Below, in pieces: positions 18,989-28,240 of a stretch of 38,308 nt of DNA. A program made the translations under genes and the position numbers. Under the pieces are notes generated by a model. The model was not told where the DNA came from. It ran no database searches and saw only the letters and a program-made list of their open reading frames with translations. Location: positions 1-38,308 of IMG/VR virus record IMGVR_UViG_3300043410_000662. One strand, given 5' to 3'. Every line of letters begins with the position of its first letter. Within the stretch, counting starts at the first letter, position 1. The DNA is from a virus. Taxonomy: Duplodnaviria; Caudoviricetes.

Positions 18989-21517
18989 TTATGCTCTTGC
19001 GCCACTTGGCATCTCACGACGAGCTGTCTCTACTGCTCCAAACAGTGATCTGCGGTTCTCAGCAAACAGCTGTGCTACGCCTTTGGCGTCTATGGCGCTT
19101 ACGTTGTTTGTCACATAGGTGTTGTGTGTAATAATCTGCTGTGGTTTAGGTGCGCTCTGTGCGGCGGCTGGCTGTGGGTTAGATGGGTTATTTCCACCAA
19201 GCTGACTATTAGGAATAATAGTACCCACACTGCGAGGCATAAACAATTCAGGACCGTTCTCACCAACAATAGATGGACGGTTCATAGGCGGTTGCCCGCC
19301 ATCTGCGAAACCTAGTAAGCCAGTTAACCAACCACCGATACCACTCATGATACCTCCGCCAGCACCCCCGCCCATGCCACCACGGAACATCTTCCATAAT
19401 TCCATAGCTTGCGCCTTCATCTCAATCTTGATTAGGTCTTTGATGATAGAGCTTGCCATGTCACTGAATGAGAACTTACCAGTTTCAACGAATCTATCAA
19501 TAGCATTTTCCATACCACGAGTAACAGATGAAAACGCATTTCCTGCTATCATAGCAGCATTAGTAGCACTATCAGCATACGCATTGAATGCCTCTGTCCA
19601 GCCATAAGAGAATGTTCTACTTTCCATAACTAGCTTAGTCTTAGCATCGGCAACTTCTTTATATTTTTCAGCAATCAGATTTAGGCCATCTGCTAGCTTC
19701 TTAGCGTCATCAGCTCCCATATCCTCAGCGGTAAACTGAGAAGAGAATGCTCTTCCGGCCTCTAGTGCGGCTAATCTAGCTTCTTCTTGAATTTGAGCTA
19801 ATTGTTGTTCTAAAGGTGTCTTTCCTACTTGAGATTTTTGAAACGTAACTGTATCTAACTGAGTTTTGGTAGACTGACGAATCTGTAACATAGCCTCATC
19901 TAATGCTTTTTGTTTCTCCATTTGGTCGGTGATACGCTGTAGAGTGTTTACTCTGTCTTGCTCAAGTAGTCTTGCTCCTTGTAGACGCCCAATATATTCA
20001 GTAACGCTGTCTACCTGAGTCTTAGTCAATTCCTTGATTTTAGCAATCTCTTCATCAATGACACCAAGATTAGCTTTTTGCTCTTCTGTTCCTTGTGCCC
20101 ATTCTTTTCTCTTGTCAAGTAAGCTTTTGATAGCTTCGTCTTGTTTCTTGTATAGTTCAGCGACAGCACGAACACTCTCTTGTTGCTCATCAGTTTTGCC
20201 TACTAAGCGTGTTTCTAATGCTAAAGCATTTAGTTGCTGTTCATTTTCAAATTTTAGCGCATCGCTTGTTTTAGAGATTTCTTGTTGAAGTTTCGCTCTA
20301 CGCTTGGCAAACTCCTCTAACTTAGCTTTGTTCTCTTCATATGCTTGAGCTTGATTTTTCAGACGCTTAGTTTCAGCCTCTGTTTCATCTGTAGCATCTG
20401 GTTTAATGTTAAAGAAATCCATTGCTGCGTTTTTAAGAGCAACAAACTTCTTGACTACCCAATCAATAATATCAAATTTTAAGAATTGAATAGAAAGAAA
20501 ATTGACTGCTTCTGCTACAGTCATAACAATTCCAACTACACCTAGCAATCTAACGAATGCTCTGCCTAATAGAGCTAATGAACCAGTAATAGCATTAATT
20601 ACTGAGGTTGCGCCACCACCAGTAAATAAAAATCTAATCCATAAATTAACAAATCCCATCAATTCTTTACCTACACTGGCAAGTATTCCACCAAGTGTTG
20701 CTATAACTCCACCAGCTTTACTAAAGAAGCCAATTACTCCATTTGCTGCCCCAGTAATAGCAGGAAGAACTCTAGAGAATGCTAAAAATACTGCTAAGCC
20801 ATAACCAACTGCTTTAACAAGACTTTCAAATGCCTCAACAGATATATTGATTTTTGATACGAGATCATTTAATGGTTGAATAACTTTAAGTAGAGCAATA
20901 GTCAAATTTTTCATATTGACTTCTAAACTTTGCTGTGCCGCTGCTCCACTCTTTATTGCATCAGCGTACTTAGCACTACTTTCTACGGCAGCTCCCATTC
21001 CAGCAGATACACCCTGAAAATTTATAGCTCTAGCATTTTTTCCAAATAGCGCAGTTTGAGTTGCTATTCGCATGGAAGCGTTTTCCATTTTACCAAGGCC
21101 ATCAATAGTCTTTTTGAGTAACTCTTGCTCACTCATTGTCTGAATGTCTTTGAGAGAAACTCCTACTTGTTCAAATGCCTTTTGAGCACTATCTGCTCCA
21201 TCAATGGCATCACCAATTGTTTGAGCAAATTTAAGTACTGACTTATTAGCGTCATCGGCATTTCCGCCATTTTCAGTAAATGCTGTACCTAATGCTAAAA
21301 TGTGTTCTACTGCTATACCTGTTGTATCACTTAGGTCACTAATAGCATCGGCGCTTTTAATAGCATTAGAAATAAATGAACCTAATGCTAATCCAGCAAT
21401 GGCATTACGTAGTCCCTCGAATGTTTTGGTAACTTTACCAACAGCATCTTCGACCTGTTTAAGGCTTTTGAGAGCCTGAGAGTTATCAACTCCCATTGAG
21501 ACATTAATATCTGCCAT
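18989..21517 (-). CDS. Tail tape measure protein (lambda-type C-terminus, 842 aa)
   Basis: Helical, Ala/Lys/Glu-rich, central hydrophobic segments, GW.EAFNAY.DSATNAA...GKFSF.D.A.SII.DL and FADGG......IVGENGPELF.P motifs. Confidence 0.95.
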   Translation of the reverse strand: MADINVSMGVDNSQALKSLKQVEDAVGKVTKTFEGLRNAIAGLALGSFISNAIKSADAISDLSDTTGIAVEHILALGTAFTENGGNADDANKSVLKFAQTIGDAIDGADSAQKAFEQVGVSLKDIQTMSEQELLKKTIDGLGKMENASMRIATQTALFGKNARAINFQGVSAGMGAAVESSAKYADAIKSGAAAQQSLEVNMKNLTIALLKVIQPLNDLVSKINISVEAFESLVKAVGYGLAVFLAFSRVLPAITGAANGVIGFFSKAGGVIATLGGILASVGKELMGFVNLWIRFLFTGGGATSVINAITGSLALLGRAFVRLLGVVGIVMTVAEAVNFLSIQFLKFDIIDWVVKKFVALKNAAMDFFNIKPDATDETEAETKRLKNQAQAYEENKAKLEEFAKRRAKLQQEISKTSDALKFENEQQLNALALETRLVGKTDEQQESVRAVAELYKKQDEAIKSLLDKRKEWAQGTEEQKANLGVIDEEIAKIKELTKTQVDSVTEYIGRLQGARLLEQDRVNTLQRITDQMEKQKALDEAMLQIRQSTKTQLDTVTFQKSQVGKTPLEQQLAQIQEEARLAALEAGRAFSSQFTAEDMGADDAKKLADGLNLIAEKYKEVADAKTKLVMESRTFSYGWTEAFNAYADSATNAAMIAGNAFSSVTRGMENAIDRFVETGKFSFSDMASSIIKDLIKIEMKAQAMELWKMFRGGMGGGAGGGIMSGIGGWLTGLLGFADGGQPPMNRPSIVGENGPELFMPRSVGTIIPNSQLGGNNPSNPQPAAAQSAPKPQQIITHNTYVTNNVSAIDAKGVAQLFAENRRSLFGAVETARREMPSGARA

Positions 21518-21526
21518 CTTGTCCTC

Positions 21527-21832
21527 TTATTTCTTGAATATTTTTTTGAATTCTTTTTCTAACCACTTTTCTGTTGGCTTAGTCATACCTTGAGGTGATT
21601 GACTACTCCATCCATCATCCAATCTTTGAGCATAAGCATAGTTAGCATGAATGACATTATCTTTGCCTAGCTTAGTTGAGCGACGAGCATTGCCCTTATC
21701 AATAGGAGTTTGGGAGACGAAGAACTGCTCTGCTCGCACTGGCAATTTCTCAACAGCTTTTTGCTGATTCTTTAGCTTTTGTCTAAGAACAGCAGTATCT
21801 ACTTTAAATTTAACATCAATAAATTGTGCCAT
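21527..21832 (-). CDS. HK97 gp10-like tail completion protein (101 aa)
   Basis: TPIDKGNARRS...YA.RLDDGWS.QSP.GM motif. Confidence 0.8.
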   Translation of the reverse strand: MAQFIDVKFKVDTAVLRQKLKNQQKAVEKLPVRAEQFFVSQTPIDKGNARRSTKLGKDNVIHANYAYAQRLDDGWSSQSPQGMTKPTEKWLEKEFKKIFKK

Positions 21833-22080
21833 TATTTGCCCTTTGCCTTTCGCATAATCTCCTGTAACTCACTAGTAGTATGATTTTCTGCATATTTCCC
21901 CTCAGCTTTTTTCTGCTGATAATCTCTGTAAGTAAGAGCAGTGTCCATTACCATAATATCTAGCGTATTTCCACGAGCAAGAACTTCTGAAGGCAATAAA
22001 CCGTATCTTTCACCTAAATTATCGAGTGTGAGTATCATACTAAGTTCTCTACTGCCTTCTATAAATTCTTGCTGTGTTAC
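21832..22080 (-). CDS. Tail assembly chaperone T segment (reached by -1 frameshift; G-T fusion about 180 aa)
   Basis: The -1 frame after GGGAAAG reads VTQQEFIEGSRELS-MILTLDNLGERYGLLPSEVL with no stop; typical of gpT-like segments. Confidence 0.8.
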   Translation of the reverse strand, partial: VTQQEFIEGSRELSMILTLDNLGERYGLLPSEVLARGNTLDIMVMDTALTYRDYQQKKAEGKYAENHTTSELQEIMRKAKGK

Positions 22081-22373
22081 TTTCCCAGAGTTTCTGTTAC
22101 CTTTGCTATAGCACGCATTAAAATATGCGTTGGTAACATTGTGTCTTCTGTAATAATAGATTTACCTTGATCATCTAAGATAAGGTCTTTGACGATAGAA
22201 ATAACGCCCTCAGCGTTACCATCTGTTGCTTGGGCTAAGCGCATAAAGACAGACATTGGCTGTCTGTCCCATGTCATAAATGTGATTGCTTCACCAAACT
22301 CTTGAATAGTCGATTCGTCATCTAGTGTGATTTCCACGAGTTGTGGTTTGGCTGCCAAGGTATGTAGTTTCAT
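22077..22373 (-). CDS. Tail assembly chaperone G (98 aa)
   Basis: Between tail tube and TMP; ends CTG GGA AAG TAA (LGK*). Confidence 0.85.
   Translation of the reverse strand: MKLHTLAAKPQLVEITLDDESTIQEFGEAITFMTWDRQPMSVFMRLAQATDGNAEGVISIVKDLILDDQGKSIITEDTMLPTHILMRAIAKVTETLGK
22080..22086 (-). other. Programmed -1 ribosomal frameshift heptamer G GGA AAG
   Basis: Identical to the lambda G/T slippery sequence, in the correct phase, directly before the stop. Confidence 0.9.
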
Positions 22374-22567
22374 TTGTTTTCTTTCTGTGATTTGTTTCTA
22401 CTTTCAGCAAGGCTGTTAAGTAGTGCCAGTCTAAAACTGGACTTTGCTTTTAGTTGACGAAGCGAACTCTCCATATCAACTAAGATTGCTTTGGCTTTTG
22501 CTTCATCGGCGATAAGTGATGCGAGTATCTCACCCTCATCAGTAAGCCATCTATTATCTTTGTTCAT
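22370..22567 (-). CDS. Small helical hypothetical protein (start revised to MNKDNRWL, 65 aa)
   Basis: ATGA overlap with chaperone G; preceded by GATAAATA 2 nt upstream of the ATG. Confidence 0.7.
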   Translation of the reverse strand: MNKDNRWLTDEGEILASLIADEAKAKAILVDMESSLRQLKAKSSFRLALLNSLAESRNKSQKENK

Positions 22568-22569
22568 AC

Positions 22570-22577
22570 TATTTATC
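22570..22577 (-). promoter_or_regulatory. GATAAATA motif just downstream of a terminator
   Basis: + strand tatttatc; terminator-then-motif arrangement suggests re-initiation. Confidence 0.6.
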
Positions 22578-22584
22578 ACTTGTT

Positions 22585-22616
22585 AAAAAGGGAGACTACT
22601 CTGTGAATAGCCTCCC
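22585..22616 (-). terminator. Intrinsic terminator after the major tail gene
   Basis: Minus strand GGGAGGCTATTC-ACA-GAGTAGTCTCCC followed by TTTTT; G-U pairs work only on this strand. Confidence 0.85.
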
Positions 22617-22639
22617 CTGCCTTCCCATCCCTAGGAAGA

Positions 22640-23113
22640 TTAACCTGTTGTAGTTGTAGTCATTGAACCATCAACTGCGATAGTTAATGGAGTGACCCAT
22701 ACAGGAGCATCAGGAGATGTTGTAGGTGCTAGCGAACTAATAAAGCCGCTACCTGTAGTAATACGATCTGTTGATGAAGAAGTGTTTCCTGCCCAGTATA
22801 CTGTAAACAGAATAGATACTTTATCGGTAGATAGTTTTGCTAGACCTGAAGCTGCAGCTGAGCCTGCTGTTGCTGCGCTGTCGCCGAAATATACAGTATC
22901 ATCGATAACGATGTTAGTAGAGATTTCGTTGTCAGCTGGTGTAGACAACTTGCGTGTGTCAATGTCACTGAAGGTTGTGTAACTATAAACACCAGTAGAG
23001 TTAGTAACTGTGATATCCTGAATGAACGGGATTGTCAGACCAGTATCTCCTGAAGATGTTTTGATAGTGATAACTGGTTGTGTTCCAGTTGTAGTGTTAG
23101 TAATACGTGCCAT
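22640..23113 (-). CDS. Major tail tube protein (157 aa)
   Basis: Thr/Ser-rich beta protein, G.GFISSLAPT.SPD.PVW..PLTIAVDG ending, strong SD AAGGAG, followed by a terminator and chaperones. Confidence 0.8.
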   Translation of the reverse strand: MARITNTTTGTQPVITIKTSSGDTGLTIPFIQDITVTNSTGVYSYTTFSDIDTRKLSTPADNEISTNIVIDDTVYFGDSAATAGSAAASGLAKLSTDKVSILFTVYWAGNTSSSTDRITTGSGFISSLAPTTSPDAPVWVTPLTIAVDGSMTTTTTG

Positions 23114-23137
23114 GATTTCTCCTTGTGTAGTTGGCTA

Positions 23138-23539
23138 TTATTGAAACTCAATTCTTTTTAGATCAAAGTTGTATGTTCGATACTCGGCTCTGTTCTGATA
23201 GGTCTGATCCATTGTATAATCTCGCTCATGATAACCATCCATTAGTAGATTGTCTTCAACAAGACCTTGAATAGCCAAACTAACTGCTTGCTTATTCTTG
23301 TCTCCTTGAAAACTAACCTGAATGATAATCATATTCTCTATCATTGTATAGATATGAGCATTATCTTGAACGCCTAATCTATACGGTGTACGCTCTTGTG
23401 GTGTTGGGTCATTTACATAAACCCCATGTCTGACATTCTTCATGTCGCTTGGAAATTCATCAAAGAACTCAATACCTTTTGGAGCAGACCTCTTTAGGGC
23501 AGAGATTACTTTAGCAGCAGAGATTAGTGGAGCAGCCAT
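23138..23539 (-). CDS. Putative tail terminator / neck protein (133 aa)
   Basis: Size and position directly before the tail tube gene. Confidence 0.55.
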   Translation of the reverse strand: MAAPLISAAKVISALKRSAPKGIEFFDEFPSDMKNVRHGVYVNDPTPQERTPYRLGVQDNAHIYTMIENMIIIQVSFQGDKNKQAVSLAIQGLVEDNLLMDGYHERDYTMDQTYQNRAEYRTYNFDLKRIEFQ

Positions 23540-24057
23540 TAGAAGTACCTACGGTCGCTATTGTAAAACTGTAAGTCTTGCTTATAGTTTTCTTCTAGCT
23601 TAGTAATAATACCATCTTTATTAAGATCGTAGAAATTACCTAGCTGAACAGCCTGAGTCCAAGCAGTATCAAAGCGAGTTTTAGCAAACTTATAGTTTGT
23701 TGCGTCTACTTCGTTAATGTTTGAGACATCAGTGACAAGGGTACTGTAAAATAGTTCTACTGCCTTGAATGTGTCTAGCTGTATTAGTATTTGGCTATCT
23801 AAGTCTAACTTTGTAGGATCAAAGGCAGTAACCATTTGATTCTGTGAGTTTTGTTTAAAATACCAAGCACCAATAGCAACCTCTACATACTTTGGCCACC
23901 ATGAGAACTCTAACTGATACAACAGTTGCTGACTACCGACATTAAAATAAGTGTCCCACTCTACATCTAAACTTGCTGCTCGTCTTTCGGCGGCAGGGTC
24001 ATAGAATAGAATATCATTGCTTGTGGCATTGCTGATTCTTGTAAAAGGAACACTCAT
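23539..24057 (-). CDS. Putative head-tail adaptor (172 aa)
   Basis: First gene after the capsid gene; helical; YDLNKDG.I...E motif near the C-terminus. Confidence 0.55.
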   Translation of the reverse strand: MSVPFTRISNATSNDILFYDPAAERRAASLDVEWDTYFNVGSQQLLYQLEFSWWPKYVEVAIGAWYFKQNSQNQMVTAFDPTKLDLDSQILIQLDTFKAVELFYSTLVTDVSNINEVDATNYKFAKTRFDTAWTQAVQLGNFYDLNKDGIITKLEENYKQDLQFYNSDRRYF

Positions 24058-24072
24058 TTTATGACCTTAATC

Positions 24073-25074
24073 TTAAGACTTGATGTTAATAGCACCGCCG
24101 CGACGTAGATCGCCGACACCACTACCGAAGTAGCCTAGACCTGTCATCCATTGCTGTAGACCACCTGGCTTTTCACCCATCTTGATCTCTAAGCCTTCTT
24201 TCATAACGGTGTAAACTGCGTTATCGCCGAAATATGCGCCGACTTTACATGTCTGAGCAGCAACACCAGCGACTGTGCGTGATGCTGTTGGTAGGAATGT
24301 AGAGAACATGATCTGACAGCCATACATAGACTCGATCTTACCAGTAGCTAGCAACTCGTTACCCAAGTCACTTAGGTTACTACCACCACTCTGAGAGATA
24401 GCACCACCAGTTAGTTCGCCTAATAGACGACTTTGTGTTGACTGAACATCAAGAACGATAACTGGGTTACCTGGTAGACGGTTAGCCTTCCAGTTTTGCT
24501 TAACGTTACGGATGAGTTCTAGAACAGAAGTTGCTGTGAAGCCGCTTGTTGCTGTACCACCAGTAGCACCACTCTCACGTAGTTCCATAGCGCCTAGAGC
24601 TGTAGCACGAGCAAAGCCGTCAGCAGGAGTTGGTGTGTAATATGTGTTACTTACTGTAGCCTTGAATGACAAGAAGCCAGCAGCGACACGTTGATCAACC
24701 TTCTCAGCAAAAGAGCCACCTAGTTCTTGACCTAGCGAACTTGCTAGTGAGAAACTTGTAGTCCAGCCGTAGAATACGTCGAACGCAGTCATAGCAACAG
24801 CAGGACTTGCTGTTACGCTGTTCTGAGAGATACTTGGGTTTTGCTCGTTAGCATCACCGAAGCCTGTAGAGCCACCAGTACCACTTGGAGTGTAGTCCTG
24901 ATATGTGATTGGAGCAAAGATTGGGATCTCAAATGTGTTACCCTGTGTTGGGGTTACAACGTTAGTGAGATTAACTAGACCAGCAGATTCGTGTACTGCC
25001 ATAATTGCGAAGTTAGCGATTGCCTTCTCGAAGCCATTTGATTCGCCAGAGCTTCCACCGAGGATATATGCCAT
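24073..25074 (-). CDS. Major capsid protein (start revised to MAYILGG, 333 aa)
   Basis: HK97-fold-like size and motifs (GNTFEIP, LG..FAEKVD, G.I..MYG.QI..S); follows the scaffold; SD AAAGGAA before ATG 25074. Confidence 0.85.
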   Translation of the reverse strand: MAYILGGSSGESNGFEKAIANFAIMAVHESAGLVNLTNVVTPTQGNTFEIPIFAPITYQDYTPSGTGGSTGFGDANEQNPSISQNSVTASPAVAMTAFDVFYGWTTSFSLASSLGQELGGSFAEKVDQRVAAGFLSFKATVSNTYYTPTPADGFARATALGAMELRESGATGGTATSGFTATSVLELIRNVKQNWKANRLPGNPVIVLDVQSTQSRLLGELTGGAISQSGGSNLSDLGNELLATGKIESMYGCQIMFSTFLPTASRTVAGVAAQTCKVGAYFGDNAVYTVMKEGLEIKMGEKPGGLQQWMTGLGYFGSGVGDLRRGGAINIKS

Positions 25075-25259
25075 TTTTGTTTCCTTTGTTAGCATGTTTT
25101 CGTTAGAACGACACCATTGTCGCTAACAGGAATACAGGTGACTCCACCTTGTAACCTACTTTGACTATGCGGAGTCACCGAGTTGACGATGCGGAGTCAC
25201 CGAGTAATAATATTTATCAGTTAGCGCTAATAGTATTAGTACTAGCGCAATAAAACTGA
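25075..25259 (-). promoter_or_regulatory. Structured capsid-gene leader with GATAAATA (25211-25218)
   Basis: Upstream hairpin GCGCTAGTA/TATTAGCGC, the motif, tandem 22-mers, and stems able to cover the SD (see findings). Confidence 0.65.
25161..25204. repeat. Two tandem 22-bp direct repeats TTGAC(T/G)ATGCGGAGTCACCGAG
   Basis: 25161-25182 and 25183-25204, one mismatch. Confidence 0.95.
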
Positions 25260-26069
25260 TTAAAATAATTTTTGTTGCTTAGAAGATGTAGATATTGTAG
25301 CGCCTACCATCTTCAAGCCTGAGTTTCTACCTAAGCCACGCTTCTGTGCCCAAGCCTTAAATGCTGCTGGGTCTTTCTGATAGTCAGGAACAAACTCTTC
25401 ATCTCCAGGAAACCCACCTTGCTGAAAGCCGCTTTGTGGGCGTAAGCCACTGCCTTGTTGTGGTGGCTGTTGACGTAGTAGTTTAGGCTGGGTGCGAGCA
25501 AGCTCATCTACCAAGTCTTTTACAGTCATTGGTGTGCCGTCCATTGTGTAGCGTTGCTGATTTTTACCGTTGACAACTACCCATGTATCGTTTTCCCATG
25601 CTAGTTGTTCTTTAATCTTAGTTGTTGTGTACTCCATTAGATCACCGTCAAAACGATCACCTAAGGAATTACGAATACTTGTCTCAAGATCACGCTCACG
25701 AATCTTGACTTCTTTTTGTTCCATTTCTTTTCGTAGAGCAGCCATTTGCTCTAAGACATCGTTACCAGTAATGCGCTTGCTCTTTTCTTGTGCGGTTTCT
25801 TGTGGTGGCTGTTGACCACTTGCTTGTGCCTGTGCTGCTTGTGCTTTTAGAGCAGCAACAGTAGAGATTAGGTCTTCTACACTTGTTGCCTCAATACCAG
25901 CAGCACTGCGAACTGCGTTTAAGATGTTCTGTGTAGTTGATTTACGAATAACACCAGGATTGTCTGTCTGGGTATCTTGTGGGTTTTGTGGGTTTTGTTG
26001 TTGGTTTTGCTGATTAGCGTCAGCAGGTTGTTGATTACCAGATGGCTGGTTGTCAATATAATCACTCAT
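25260..26069 (-). CDS. Capsid scaffolding protein (269 aa)
   Basis: Disordered Q/N/P-rich N-terminus, coiled coil, G.PMTV.DLV......P.L...GSG motif; directly upstream of the capsid gene. Confidence 0.8.
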   Translation of the reverse strand: MSDYIDNQPSGNQQPADANQQNQQQNPQNPQDTQTDNPGVIRKSTTQNILNAVRSAAGIEATSVEDLISTVAALKAQAAQAQASGQQPPQETAQEKSKRITGNDVLEQMAALRKEMEQKEVKIRERDLETSIRNSLGDRFDGDLMEYTTTKIKEQLAWENDTWVVVNGKNQQRYTMDGTPMTVKDLVDELARTQPKLLRQQPPQQGSGLRPQSGFQQGGFPGDEEFVPDYQKDPAAFKAWAQKRGLGRNSGLKMVGATISTSSKQQKLF

Positions 26070-26120
26070 GTTATTTTCCTTTCGTTGTGACGTAACGGTC
26101 GAGTAGTGTATTTAGAGATA
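26070..26120 (-). promoter_or_regulatory. CTAAATA motif (26109-26115), GAC-CGTTAC-GTC hairpin and SD before the scaffold gene
   Basis: Minus strand tctCTAAATAcactactcGACCGTTACGTCacaacgAAAGGAAaataacATG. Confidence 0.5.
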
Positions 26121-26600
26121 TCAAGCTAGAGTGCTTTTTATCTTCCAACGGAACTTAGAATAAGCTCCTTGTAGATCAGCAGCATAGTTAGCAATGCTAT
26201 ACTCATCTTCAGCATTAGCACTATCAGCAAGTTCTTCTACTTGCTCAATGATAGTTTCTAAGTCTGTTAATGTAGTAGACAGCATCTTTTCTGCCTTTGG
26301 AACTCTTGGCTCTTCGTCTACTAAACTAAGCTCTACGAGTGAGGCTAGTGTAGTAGGAGCGAATTGATCCAACTGGCGAATAAACTCTGCTAATGTATCA
26401 ATAGTGTCGTCTGTGTATGTGTATATGTCACCGAATAGCTCGTGATATTGAACAAAGTTCGAGCCTACGATATTCCAGTGAAATGCGTGTGTTTTATGCT
26501 TGAAGACTGCTAAGGTTGCTAGAGTAGTTCTTAGTGAGTCTATTAGGGAGGGAAGGCTCTCTGCTTCCTGTTGTTCTGTTTGTGTTTTGTTTTCTAGCAT
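26121..26600 (-). CDS. dps: Dps / DNA-binding ferritin-like protein (start revised to MLENK, 159 aa)
   Basis: KTHAFHWNIVGSNFVQYHELF.....D.IDTLAE.IR.L; ferroxidase ligands spaced H-(+12)H-(+15)D-(+4)E as in characterised Dps proteins. Confidence 0.92.
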   Translation of the reverse strand: MLENKTQTEQQEAESLPSLIDSLRTTLATLAVFKHKTHAFHWNIVGSNFVQYHELFGDIYTYTDDTIDTLAEFIRQLDQFAPTTLASLVELSLVDEEPRVPKAEKMLSTTLTDLETIIEQVEELADSANAEDEYSIANYAADLQGAYSKFRWKIKSTLA

Positions 26601-26601
26601 A

Positions 26602-28215
26602 TTATCTTCCTGATCCTGCCATTGCCATACCAAGCTGAGCTACAACAGCATCTGGTCCATAGTAGCTCTGACCTGTATATCTAATACCGCTGTTAGACAA
26701 GTCCTTAGAAGTCTGTTCGTTATCTTCAATCATGTCTTGCTTACTATCTTCTTCTAAAGACTCAGGTGTTTGATCGCCAGTGTCTCTTGTTTGTGTTTTT
26801 TCGTCTTTGGTGTCTTCAATAATCTGTATTGTTGACTCACCTACTTGTGTATCTATCATAGCAGCGATAAGGTCTTCCGCTTGACTCTCTGGAGAAATCA
26901 TTTTGATCAACTCTCTTGCTACAATACCATTAATAACAGGGTTTCCAGGTAACATCTGTTGTGCTTTTTCTAAGAGAGCAATGCGATAGTCAGTGTCGTG
27001 TGAGTCGTAGTCGTCGCCATATGCTACTTCACCTGCCCAACGAACCGACATGTATCGTGAGGCAAATGTCCAAATACTCTCTTCGCAGATTTCTAGTAGT
27101 CGTGCTTTTGCGCCAGCGATGCGATGTAGTGTTCTACGCTCTTGAATAATAGAGATACCACTCTGTGACTGTGACTTACTCTGACGCATGCCCGCAAATC
27201 CACTTAGTGAGTAGAAATCATCAAGCAGTGCTCGTTGCTTATCCATAATAGTTGCTACATCTTGAGTATCAATCTTGATAGCCTCTACTTGACCCTCATT
27301 AGCCTTAACAATGCCGCCAGCGTGAGCAGGTATCGTAATATTACTACCAGTATCAACACGAATTAGGGTTCTAGCAAACTGAACAGCTTGATATGCCTCT
27401 GCCTCAAGTTTATAAATTTCTTTTTGTACGTCTGTTGCCACATCAATGTCTGAGATGCCTAAGGTTAGTGAGCGTGGATCACGACGAGTAAATGCCATAA
27501 ATCCAGGAATACTCATACCCACGGGAAACTCACCAGTAGCAACTGGTAGTATATCAGGGTCAACGATATTTTGCTGTGTTGTTTTTTCTACTTCGTAGAT
27601 TTCCCAGTAGCTTGGTGATTTACTTGTTCCTAGATAATAGCACTTGAATCTGTAGCACTCGTCATCCTCATGCTCAAGAACCTTAATGTATTTTGGTATA
27701 AGCTGACCACGAACGGCAACAAAGTCCCAGTCCCATACATGTAGGGGTGAAATAGGTATAACATAGGGGCGTAGTCTTGGATCTGGTATACCATCGTTAT
27801 ATGGCATGTCTACAAACACCCAGCAATGACCAAACACGCTTGTAAGATCGCCAATGTTCTCCATTACTCCATCAAGTGACGTATTAGATAAGTCAGCGTC
27901 TAACAAGAAAAGCTCGGTCCATTCTTGTGTGGTAGTATCAACAACCGTACCACTCTCACCAACAAACTGTAAGTCTCGGGTAATTTTAGGCTCGAACACT
28001 GTGTTATTGATAGTATCAACAACGTGACGAGCAAGCGGAATTGCTACTGTATGTTGAATAACATCAGTATAGATAGCAGCGTCTTCGCTTGGACGCTTTT
28101 TGCGAGTAGATCTACGGAACAACTCTCCGTTTAAGTACGCAAGTTGGTAGTTAGTCATTTGCGACTCGGTGGCAAGATACTGTGCGCATTTTGCCGTTAA
28201 TATTGACTTTAGCAT
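26602..28215 (-). CDS. Portal protein (537 aa)
   Basis: Follows TerL; DAD....LD..M......VFGH.WVFVD.P...RPYV...SP....DW, G.SDI and SG.S motifs; acidic C-terminal tail; SD GAGGA. Confidence 0.88.
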   Translation of the reverse strand: MLKSILTAKCAQYLATESQMTNYQLAYLNGELFRRSTRKKRPSEDAAIYTDVIQHTVAIPLARHVVDTINNTVFEPKITRDLQFVGESGTVVDTTTQEWTELFLLDADLSNTSLDGVMENIGDLTSVFGHCWVFVDMPYNDGIPDPRLRPYVIPISPLHVWDWDFVAVRGQLIPKYIKVLEHEDDECYRFKCYYLGTSKSPSYWEIYEVEKTTQQNIVDPDILPVATGEFPVGMSIPGFMAFTRRDPRSLTLGISDIDVATDVQKEIYKLEAEAYQAVQFARTLIRVDTGSNITIPAHAGGIVKANEGQVEAIKIDTQDVATIMDKQRALLDDFYSLSGFAGMRQSKSQSQSGISIIQERRTLHRIAGAKARLLEICEESIWTFASRYMSVRWAGEVAYGDDYDSHDTDYRIALLEKAQQMLPGNPVINGIVARELIKMISPESQAEDLIAAMIDTQVGESTIQIIEDTKDEKTQTRDTGDQTPESLEEDSKQDMIEDNEQTSKDLSNSGIRYTGQSYYGPDAVVAQLGMAMAGSGR

Positions 28216-28232
28216 TAGTTAGTCCTCATAGT

Positions 28233-28240
28233 TATTTATC
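28233..28240 (-). promoter_or_regulatory. GATAAATA motif upstream of portal (overlaps the TerL stop)
   Basis: tGATAAATAactatGAGGActaactaATG. Confidence 0.6.

Noticed and set aside
25161-25204. Tandem 22-bp repeats as a mini-CRISPR array
   Set aside because: The copies are adjacent with no spacer, there are only two, and no cas genes are present.
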